Below are positions 1 through 7,645 of a stretch of 13,091 nt of DNA, one piece after another. Positions within the stretch are counted from its first letter, which is position 1. Each line of letters starts with the position of its first letter. Below the pieces are notes generated by a model. That model did not search any database. It was not told the DNA's origin and saw only the letters and a program-made list of their open reading frames with translations. The stretch covers positions 1-13,091 of the forward strand of contig JBHHUM010000060.1 in the NCBI GenBank assembly GCA_046861645.1, read 5' to 3'. A program made the position numbers and the translations under genes. Source of the stretch: Fidelibacterota bacterium. Lineage in GTDB: Bacteria > Fidelibacterota > Marinisomatia > Marinisomatales > UBA2128.

Positions 1-875
1 ACATTGGCATCGAATGCCATGAGGTTACTCAGGCGGATTTCCAATTTCTCCATTGTAAAACCAACTATAGATAGAGTACCGGCAGTACCTAAAAGAGCAT
101 AGGCTAATTCCTGACCAGCTTTCGTACCGGACATCTCAAAGATCTTCCATTGATTCGCAGGTGCTCCCATCTTGCCACAGATTTCCTTGACGTGCTTCTT
201 AATATCACGGATATTCATCCCTGTGGTGTTCAGAGTTTGGGATATACCCACCTGCTCCAGTTGATCTAATTTCTCCTGAGCTATGTCCAGCGCAAGCACG
301 TACGCGCCGGATACCTTCGCCAGTTGTACAGCGTAGATGCCTACACCTCCCACACCTATCACTACTGCAAAATCCCCGGCTCGAATTCCACTTTTTATCA
401 TCGCCTGATAGGGTGTCGCTACGGCATCGGCAATAACTGCTAACTCAGCCAGGGTATGGTTCTGAAGGGGTTCCTCAGGAACCTCAATCAGGAAACGGGC
501 AGGAACAATCACATGACTGGCGAAGCCACCATGGAAGTCATTACCAGGCATCTTCTGGTGCTGGCAGATATTGCTTCGATTTTGACGGCACAGGTCGCAA
601 TCGCCGCAGGGAAGTACGGCCGGAATGATGACGGGTTTTCCTGACAGATCTGACGGACCCTCCAGTACAATTCCACTGATTTCATGTCCCAGCGTCAAGG
701 GTAAGTCGTGACGTGTCGGGACATCATAAAACCAGAAACTGAGGTCAGTGTGGCAAACGCCACAACCAGAAACTTTGATTAGGGCATCTCCCTCCTCTAA
801 GGAGGGTAGTGGTCGTTTGGTCAACTTGAAAGATTGACCCTTATTCACCATTTGCCAGGCTGAAATGGTATCCAT
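1..875 (-). CDS. had: 6-hydroxycyclohex-1-ene-1-carbonyl-CoA dehydrogenase (Zn-dependent MDR family); 3' end lies outside the window
   Basis: Hand-translated from ATG at 875; the frame is open to the window edge: MDTISAWQMV...GCGVCHTD...LPLTLGHEISG...PAVLPCGDCDLC...NIC...MPGNDFHGGFASH...LAVIADAVATPYQA...VIGVGGVG...WKIFEMSGTKAGQELAY...VGFTMEKLEIRLSNLMAFDAN. It has catalytic and structural Zn motifs, a Rossmann motif and the RLSNLMAF motif I recall from Had, and lies in a bcr operon. Not in the ORF track. Confidence 0.88.
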   Translation of the reverse strand, partial: MDTISAWQMVNKGQSFKLTKRPLPSLEEGDALIKVSGCGVCHTDLSFWFYDVPTRHDLPLTLGHEISGIVLEGPSDLSGKPVIIPAVLPCGDCDLCRQNRSNICQHQKMPGNDFHGGFASHVIVPARFLIEVPEEPLQNHTLAELAVIADAVATPYQAMIKSGIRAGDFAVVIGVGGVGIYAVQLAKVSGAYVLALDIAQEKLDQLEQVGISQTLNTTGMNIRDIKKHVKEICGKMGAPANQWKIFEMSGTKAGQELAYALLGTAGTLSIVGFTMEKLEIRLSNLMAFDAN

Positions 876-888
876 TATTCTACCTGCT

Positions 889-2139
889 TTATGCCGTCGG
901 ATTTTCGATCAATATTGCGGTACCCTGTCCACCACCGATACAGGCCGAGGCTATCCCATAGCGAGCGTTTCGACGGCGGAGTTCCAGCGCCAGGGTATGA
1001 GTCAGTCTCACTCCTGTCGCTGCCAGAGGGTGTCCGATAGCAATCGCCCCGCCATTAACATTCAGTTTACTTCGATCCAGATGCAATTCTCTCTCCACGG
1101 CAAGAATTTGTGCTCCGAAGGCTTCGTTGACTTCAAAAAGGTCAATATCCTCCATAGTTAAACCGGCTATTGTCAAAGTGTTAAGAATGGCTGAAACAGG
1201 ACCGATACCCATGATTTCGGGCTCGACCCCGGTAGAAGCCGAGGAAATTATCCGTGCCAATGGTTTAATTCCTTTGGTTTTTACCAAGTCTCCAGAGGAT
1301 ATAACGACTGCCGCCGCACCATCCACGATCCCACTGGAGTTACCTGCGGTCTGTACGCCATCTTTCGCAAAGGTGGGACGGAGGGCGGCCAGTTTCTGCC
1401 TGTCAGTGGGACGAATATTTTCGTCCGCATCCAGCATTGCTTTACTTGGTGTTGTTTTATATTTACGTGTTTTTAGAGGATTCATCTCATGGCTTCCCGA
1501 TGCTACAGACACCATTTCCTCCATCAATGTGCCGTCTGTAGTTTTTTCGGCCGCGAGGGCATGTGATCGATAGGCATATTCATCTGCTTCATCTCGGGTA
1601 ATGTTGTACTTCCGGGCCAGGTTTTCTGCAGTTTGTCCCATGGAACAGCTCACAGCAGGATCGTACAGACCTTCCCACAGCATGTCGCCAAAATGGAGCC
1701 CACCCAACCGGTATCCGGTGCGGTTGCCAAAGGAGGCCGTTGGAGCCAGGGTCATATTCTCCGCTCCACCAGCTAAAATGACCTGGGCTTTACTTAGGGT
1801 GATCTGTTCTGCGGCAGTAATAATTGTTTCGAAACCGGAACCACAAATTCTCTGTACGAGCTGGGCCGGGACGCTTTGTGGGATTCCGGTGTAGAGGCCG
1901 ATGTGTCGCGGTAAGTAGATAGCATCGAAACTGGCTTGAATAATGTTAGCAAAGACGACATGTTGAATATCCTTAGGTTCTAAACCCGATCGTTCTATAG
2001 CAGCCTTACTGGCGATGATCCCCAAGTCGGTAGGTGAGATTCTCCCCAGTGTACCACAAAATTTACCAAAGGGAGTCCGCGCTCCTTCCAGGAGATAAAT
2101 ATCGGCGTATAGTTGCCCGAATTGATGTTTAGTGTTCAT
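889..2139 (-). CDS. Acetyl-CoA C-acyltransferase (beta-ketothiolase)
   Basis: Motifs ARTPFGKF, QRICGSG (catalytic Cys), NEAF, GGAIAIGHPLAATG and ACIGGGQG. Overlaps the upstream gene by 11 nt. Confidence 0.95.
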   Translation of the reverse strand: MNTKHQFGQLYADIYLLEGARTPFGKFCGTLGRISPTDLGIIASKAAIERSGLEPKDIQHVVFANIIQASFDAIYLPRHIGLYTGIPQSVPAQLVQRICGSGFETIITAAEQITLSKAQVILAGGAENMTLAPTASFGNRTGYRLGGLHFGDMLWEGLYDPAVSCSMGQTAENLARKYNITRDEADEYAYRSHALAAEKTTDGTLMEEMVSVASGSHEMNPLKTRKYKTTPSKAMLDADENIRPTDRQKLAALRPTFAKDGVQTAGNSSGIVDGAAAVVISSGDLVKTKGIKPLARIISSASTGVEPEIMGIGPVSAILNTLTIAGLTMEDIDLFEVNEAFGAQILAVERELHLDRSKLNVNGGAIAIGHPLAATGVRLTHTLALELRRRNARYGIASACIGGGQGTAILIENPTA

Positions 2140-2935
2140 GTTTGGAAAGGATGTTTATTTCTGGTTCTAAGCTGCCATTATTCCGGGCCAGAGCAGCTGC
2201 ACCCTGAGCGATGACGAATTGAGGATCAGCGCTGACGGTGATCTTTATACCGAGTTCTGCTCCTAAGAGTTCGCCCAGAAAAGGATGGTAAGCGATGACC
2301 CCCCCACAGAGGAATAGAGGTAGACTACTATTTACGGGTAGCTTACAAATTCGATTAACAATGGAAAGATAAATTCCCCTGGCGATTTCTTCGAGGGGTA
2401 CTCCTTTGAATTTCCATCCCATGATTTCTGTCTTGGCAAAAACAGTGCAAAAGCTGTTAATCGTTTTGTCCGTTGTGGTTCGTTGAGCAAAATCATTCAT
2501 CTCCGTGATATCCAATTCAGCCTTTTCAGCAATTTCGGTGATGAAGGCTCCTGTGCCGGCAGAACACTTATCGTTCATGTAGAAATTTCTTACTTCACCA
2601 CGGGGTCCACTCTCAATAATCTTGATGTCTTCTCCGCCTATATCGAGAATTGATTTGTGGATAGGATGCAACACAGAAACTCCTGCAGAAGCACAGACAA
2701 GTTCAGTCTTTTTAATGTTACCCTGATAGCTGTTGCGGCCGTAGCCAGTTGTGCAGGTTTTCTTGATCATATATCTACTTTGGAGGTAATCGATGACATC
2801 ATTGAAAGCTTCACGATGCCGACTGAGTGTAGGAATTACTTTCCTGAAAACTGGATTACCATCCTGATTGATAACTACAAACTTTGTGTAGGAAGAACCG
2901 AGATCAATTCCCAGATAGTATACCGCTGCTGACAC
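2129..2935 (-). CDS. CoA-substrate-specific enzyme activase (HgdC/HadI/FldI-like ASKHA ATPase, [4Fe-4S])
   Basis: Motifs GIDLGSS, TTGYGR, LDIGGED, MNDKCSAGTG, NSFCTVFAKTE (two cluster Cys) and LCGGV. GTG start with AGGGAG upstream. Confidence 0.92.
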   Translation of the reverse strand: MSAAVYYLGIDLGSSYTKFVVINQDGNPVFRKVIPTLSRHREAFNDVIDYLQSRYMIKKTCTTGYGRNSYQGNIKKTELVCASAGVSVLHPIHKSILDIGGEDIKIIESGPRGEVRNFYMNDKCSAGTGAFITEIAEKAELDITEMNDFAQRTTTDKTINSFCTVFAKTEIMGWKFKGVPLEEIARGIYLSIVNRICKLPVNSSLPLFLCGGVIAYHPFLGELLGAELGIKITVSADPQFVIAQGAAALARNNGSLEPEINILSKHEH

Positions 2936-2948
2936 GTAAGCTCGCTCC

Positions 2949-3896
2949 CTATTCTCCTTTATGTTCTAAAAGATTGATCAAAGTCGTAATGGTTTGATTA
3001 ACAGGTGTAGGCAGTGAATGTTTCTCGCCGTAAGCTACGATCCTTCCGTTTAGGTAGTCAATTTCAGTAGGCAGGTTGTTTTCGATATCGATCAACATGG
3101 AGGGTTTATGTCGTCCACCTTTATTCAGGTACTGGATGCAATAGGATAAGAAATCTTCTCCCAGATCAATTCCTTCTGCCCTGGCAATATTAATGGACTC
3201 TTTCAATATTTCTTCTACCAGATTTACCCCCCAACCCGTAGCCATCACACCCTCCATGGTTCGTCGGGAAAGGGCACAAACAGGGGAGAGGGAAGCGTTC
3301 AGAATCGCTTTTTCCCAAGTGTACACTCTGATATCGTCTGGGATTACTGTAGGTAGGTTCACGGAATCGAGCAGAGTAGTAATCTTGGTGGCTATCTCTT
3401 TACCGTGAGAATGTAACGGTGCGACATAATTGGGTGGATTGAAGAAAGTGACGCGAACCGTATTTTTATCTATCATGTTTCCAGCGTAATTGATGACCAT
3501 ACGCAAGGTCACCTTCTCCCCGAAAGTATCAGCCACCTCCATTTCGTTGTCAAGCCCGTTTTGAGCACTCATTACAAAAGTATGCTCACCTTTTATCTCT
3601 GCCAAGTCGTCTATTACCAACTTCAGGTAGGGTGTTTTCACGCTGATAGAGATCAGATCCAGGTCGTAATTGGCGAGTTCCCGGGCCCCGTAACAGATAT
3701 CTGAAACCTGAATATCCTTTTCGATAGTTTGCCTCAAGTGGATACCGGATTTTTTGATCAGGTTGATTTTATCCCGGTCGATATCACAGACAATAACATG
3801 AGCTCCTGCTTCTACAAAATGGGCAGCCAGGGTTGATCCTACTGGACCTAAGCCTATCACAGCTATGCGTAATGGGTTAGAAAATGGTTTACTCAT
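2949..3896 (-). CDS. Ketopantoate reductase (PanE/ApbA) family 2-oxoacid reductase
   Basis: Motifs GLGPVG (Rossmann), SVK, AQNGL, WEKAILNAS and PSMLIDIENNLPTEIDYLNG. The substrate is uncertain in this context, so no gene symbol is given. Confidence 0.9.
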   Translation of the reverse strand: MSKPFSNPLRIAVIGLGPVGSTLAAHFVEAGAHVIVCDIDRDKINLIKKSGIHLRQTIEKDIQVSDICYGARELANYDLDLISISVKTPYLKLVIDDLAEIKGEHTFVMSAQNGLDNEMEVADTFGEKVTLRMVINYAGNMIDKNTVRVTFFNPPNYVAPLHSHGKEIATKITTLLDSVNLPTVIPDDIRVYTWEKAILNASLSPVCALSRRTMEGVMATGWGVNLVEEILKESINIARAEGIDLGEDFLSYCIQYLNKGGRHKPSMLIDIENNLPTEIDYLNGRIVAYGEKHSLPTPVNQTITTLINLLEHKGE

Positions 3897-3897
3897 T

Positions 3898-5106
3898 CTA
3901 AGTCTCCCTGGCTTTAGCAGTCAGAAGTTCAATGAATGTTTCTAATTTTGTTCGTGTCTGTCCTTCTGAAAAGAAACGCAAATCATTTAAATCGCCATCG
4001 ATACTCAAGGTATCAATACCTGTCTCTTTCTGGACTCGTTTGGGAAGTCCAAACCGGCTGTTGGCATTATTGAAACAGGTCTTTGAATCGTGAAAAATCA
4101 CCCCGTCAACTTTGAATTCCTCCAGCATCCTTTTCAACATGGTCAGCTTTGTATTTTCGCCCCGGTTGATGAAAATCTGAGTATAAGCGTAGGCCATGGA
4201 TTCCAAAGGTTTATCAGGATCGAAATCATCGAATACCCAGCTGTTGCAATACGTGGATGCTACTACTGAAGTGTTATACTCAACCAACAGGTCAGCAAAC
4301 CAACGGAGACGACCCCAGATGGGCATCCCCTCCCAATAGAGGCGTGTCCTTTCATCAGGAACAGCGCCTACATTGTTACTTACAGCTTCTTGCAACTCGA
4401 GAAGCAGTTGCTCATAGAAATCGATGCAAACCGGAGTTCCTCGCAGAACTACGATTGGAGCCATCAGAATACATCCGTCGAAAAATGTCAGGGGAGCCGG
4501 GGAATTTTGAGCCGTGCTTAACACTTGTTTCCACAGTTGTGATGCCTTATAGCTTAAGCGGACTGTTTCTACCAACCGCGCTGGATCCATTTTATTGCCG
4601 GTGATCTCCTCTCCAGAGGTAATGAGCCTTTGCAACTGAGTCGTAACATGATTGATATCTGCTTTGGTGATCTCCTCCAGGTAACGGGGGGGGAAAATAC
4701 CTACCACAGGACAATTATATTCTCGTCCAAAAAAGTTGAACCATTCTGCTACTTCCCGGCACTGGTTAGTGTTGAAAACGATGAGGTCTGGTTGTGGGAT
4801 GGCGGGTAGCCCATAGGCACTGGTCAGGGGAGTCTCGTGCAGGAGCCAGGCGCCAATATCTGCGGTCAGATAAGAGCATATTTCACTGTTATAACCGGCC
4901 TGGTGGGCTTTAGGGATGTACTTTTGAGCTGTTCTTGATGCCCCCAGAAGAGCACCATGGTTTTCGGGAAAATATACTTCGAAACCAAGCGCTCTGAGAA
5001 TCTCTGCAGGACCGGCGCTGGTACACCAGGCAATTGGAGATTTCATACCCGTGAAGTACTCTTTCAAAATAACTTTTAAGGCTGATTGTGATTTCAAACG
5101 GGGCAT
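3898..5106 (-). CDS. 2-hydroxyacyl-CoA dehydratase family subunit, alpha type (HgdA/FldB/HadB-like)
   Basis: AWCTSAGPAE...YFPENHGA, GYNSEICSY (C77), NTNQC (C116), HDSKTC (C344) and IDGDLNDLRFFSEGQTRTKLETFIE. This is the three-Cys [4Fe-4S] pattern of the family. Confidence 0.88.
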   Translation of the reverse strand: MPRLKSQSALKVILKEYFTGMKSPIAWCTSAGPAEILRALGFEVYFPENHGALLGASRTAQKYIPKAHQAGYNSEICSYLTADIGAWLLHETPLTSAYGLPAIPQPDLIVFNTNQCREVAEWFNFFGREYNCPVVGIFPPRYLEEITKADINHVTTQLQRLITSGEEITGNKMDPARLVETVRLSYKASQLWKQVLSTAQNSPAPLTFFDGCILMAPIVVLRGTPVCIDFYEQLLLELQEAVSNNVGAVPDERTRLYWEGMPIWGRLRWFADLLVEYNTSVVASTYCNSWVFDDFDPDKPLESMAYAYTQIFINRGENTKLTMLKRMLEEFKVDGVIFHDSKTCFNNANSRFGLPKRVQKETGIDTLSIDGDLNDLRFFSEGQTRTKLETFIELLTAKARET

Positions 5107-5108
5107 CT

Positions 5109-6827
5109 CTACTCCAGGTTGATGACGTATACTTTATCAGATAGCACCATTTCAGAATTGTAAAGGTGCTCGATATTTGCTTTGAAAACCTTCGCAATTG
5201 TATTCGGTGCCAGCTTCATGGAAGGAGTCAGTTCTTCATTTTCGATACTGAGCTCGTAATCGATCAACATGGCTCTTTGGGGCCGAGCATACTTGATATC
5301 AATAGATTTGTTCAGCTCTCGGAGGCAATCGTTTAAACAGACGGAGAAATCTCCCAGATTTTGTGGACACTTGCACCTGCTCTTAAGCTGGGATTCATCA
5401 GGAATTTGTTTGAACATCTCCTTGTTAGGAAACAGGAGGGTGACAGGATAATCCTTTCCACTGCCGGAGACATAAGCATACGAAATATAGGCACAGTCCT
5501 TACCGATGATATTCTCAATTTCAGTCGGAACCACCTTTTCGGCATTGCTAAGTTTAAAAATCCGGTCTTTCCGGCCAATGAGGCGCAATCCATGTTTGGT
5601 TAACTCACCTACATCTCCAGTATAAAACCAACCGTCTTTAGTCAATACCCTATCAGTCTCTTTAGTGTTCTTGTAATAACCGGTCATAATATTGGGTCCT
5701 TTGACCATGATTTCGCCATCATCTGCCAGTTTAAGGGAAATACCCGGTATGGGTTTACCTACAACCCCGGGAGATCGGGGCAGGTTGGGATTGGTTACTG
5801 TGCAACAGGGCGATGTTTCGGTGAGACCCCATCCTTCAATCACAGGAATATTCCGTTCGATGAAAATCTTGGCGATATTCTGTGGCAGGGGTGCTGCAGC
5901 TGTAAAGATAAAGCGCAATTCATTGTGAAAGATCATCTTTTCTATTTCAGTTGATTGAAGCACACGGGTGGCTATCTGTTGATAGATGCGGGGTACGCTG
6001 AAAAATACAGTGGGCAGAACTTGCTGCCAGTTATCCAACAGGATTTCGATGTTTTTTCCGAAACCATGTTCCAAGGAAAGGACGGCACCGTTGGTGATAG
6101 CGGCAAATTTTTCGAAAATGCCACCGAAGCTGTGGTGCCACGGCAGGTAAGAAAGTATTCGATCAGTGTTACTAAGCTTCCATAATACTTTCATGGCTGC
6201 CTGTTGGGATAGAATGTTAGCATGTGTCAATTGCACACATTTGGGTCGACCCATTGTCCCGGAAGTGTACATCATCAGAGCAATGGTCCCGGGATCTAAT
6301 TCTTCACCTGATATAGCGGTTCCCATCCCAGTAGATGATAGCAGCTCACTGAATGGTATCAGGTTAGTAAACTTGTCTGAACTGATGGGGGAGAAGTGGA
6401 TGATCCACTCATATTTACGTGGATTTTCCAATTTATTAAATTGCTCCTGATCAGCAACGACGACCAGACGAGGTTCACAAAAATTGGTTAACCTGTTAGC
6501 TTGGTTGGCAGGATAGCCAGCAAAGATTGGAACAGAAATGGCACCCATGGACATTACTGCCATGTCCAACACTAGCATATCCTGACAGTTCCTGGATAAA
6601 ATGGCTACCCGCTCCCCTTTTCTCAAGTGCAGGTCAGTCAGTGAACTTTGGAGAGCAATAACGCTCTGAGTAAAATCCTGCCAGAGCAAGGGAATATATT
6701 TGCCGTCCTGAGATTCCTGAAAAATTGGTTTAAGGGAAAATTTCCTTGAGTTGGTATTCAGCATTTCTGCCAGGTTACGGGGGAAATCTGGCAGGGGCTG
6801 ATTGCTGTGAAGGATATGACGAGTCAT
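5109..6827 (-). CDS. AMP-forming acyl-CoA synthetase (long-chain acyl-CoA ligase / feruloyl-CoA synthetase-like)
   Basis: Motifs YTSGTMGRPK (P-loop), YLPWHHSFGG, EGWGLTETSP, TGDVG, GRKDRIFK and LTPSMKL. ATGA overlap with bcrD at 6824-6827. Confidence 0.92.
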   Translation of the reverse strand: MTRHILHSNQPLPDFPRNLAEMLNTNSRKFSLKPIFQESQDGKYIPLLWQDFTQSVIALQSSLTDLHLRKGERVAILSRNCQDMLVLDMAVMSMGAISVPIFAGYPANQANRLTNFCEPRLVVVADQEQFNKLENPRKYEWIIHFSPISSDKFTNLIPFSELLSSTGMGTAISGEELDPGTIALMMYTSGTMGRPKCVQLTHANILSQQAAMKVLWKLSNTDRILSYLPWHHSFGGIFEKFAAITNGAVLSLEHGFGKNIEILLDNWQQVLPTVFFSVPRIYQQIATRVLQSTEIEKMIFHNELRFIFTAAAPLPQNIAKIFIERNIPVIEGWGLTETSPCCTVTNPNLPRSPGVVGKPIPGISLKLADDGEIMVKGPNIMTGYYKNTKETDRVLTKDGWFYTGDVGELTKHGLRLIGRKDRIFKLSNAEKVVPTEIENIIGKDCAYISYAYVSGSGKDYPVTLLFPNKEMFKQIPDESQLKSRCKCPQNLGDFSVCLNDCLRELNKSIDIKYARPQRAMLIDYELSIENEELTPSMKLAPNTIAKVFKANIEHLYNSEMVLSDKVYVINLE

Positions 6828-7645
6828 GCTTGAGCTTCCAGTAGTTTAAAGTGCCTGTGGCCACCCCAAAGAGCAGCCCCGATAGCGCCCGCCGCGTAAC
6901 ATTTTTCTGACGCGAAGATTTCCAGGGCCATATTCCGTTCCACTTTCAATTCGTTAATGGCAGCTATTAAGCCCCTGTCTTGAGCCATACCTCCAGTTAG
7001 AGCTACAGGTGATTCCACTTTAAGTTTCCTGAGGAGCTTTATGATCCTCCTGGCAATGGAAAGGTGAATACCTTTAACAATATCTGGAGTCGGAATGCCC
7101 TGTGAAACCATATTTATTACATCTGTCTCGGCCAGCACGGCACAGATGCCGCTGGTTTTTGCTGGATCTTTTGATTTCAGCGAGAGTGGTCCTACTTCGC
7201 CAATCGTGACCCCGAGATATCGGGTGATGTTTTCCAGGAACTGTCCGGAACCGGAAGCACACTGTCCAGTCATAGCGTAATTCTTTACCCGGGCCCCTTT
7301 CTCCAGAGAGATGACCCGACTGAATAACGCCCCCATATCCACTACGGTACGAACATCAGGATGAAAATGGTAAGCACCCCGGGCGTGAGTCGTCATGCTG
7401 TAAAAGTGTCCCCGCTTTTTAGGTACCAGTTCTCCTTCACCGGTGGAAGCCACATATAACAGATCCTCATAGGAGAGATTATGCTGCTCCAGTAAAATTT
7501 GTATTGTCTTCTGGATGAGTATGGTAGGATTTCGTTTTCTTATTTTTTCATTAATAATAGCGATGATCCTTGAATTATTACCATAGTCTATAAGGGCATA
7601 TTTAATAAAGCTGCTACCCACATCTATTCCCAGAGTGTAGCTCAT
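6824..7645 (-). CDS. bcrD: Benzoyl-CoA reductase (class I) subunit D
   Basis: Motifs GIDVGS, ASTGEGE, HFYSMTTHARGA, MTGQCASGSGQFLENITRYLG and SGICAVLAETDVINMVS, typical of BcrD/BadG. TGATG coupling to bcrA at 7643-7647. Confidence 0.93.
   Translation of the reverse strand: MSYTLGIDVGSSFIKYALIDYGNNSRIIAIINEKIRKRNPTILIQKTIQILLEQHNLSYEDLLYVASTGEGELVPKKRGHFYSMTTHARGAYHFHPDVRTVVDMGALFSRVISLEKGARVKNYAMTGQCASGSGQFLENITRYLGVTIGEVGPLSLKSKDPAKTSGICAVLAETDVINMVSQGIPTPDIVKGIHLSIARRIIKLLRKLKVESPVALTGGMAQDRGLIAAINELKVERNMALEIFASEKCYAAGAIGAALWGGHRHFKLLEAQA

Noticed and set aside
4600..4680. Direct repeat GGTGATCTCCT (two copies)
   Set aside because: Both copies encode EEIT inside a CDS. They are too short and too few to be an array or a mobile-element end.
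4686..4693. G8 tract in the dehydratase gene (and C7 at 2299-2305 in the activase) as phase-variation switches
   Set aside because: Both genes are in frame, the tracts are short and simply encode Pro-Pro and Gly-Gly, and there is no evidence of length variation.
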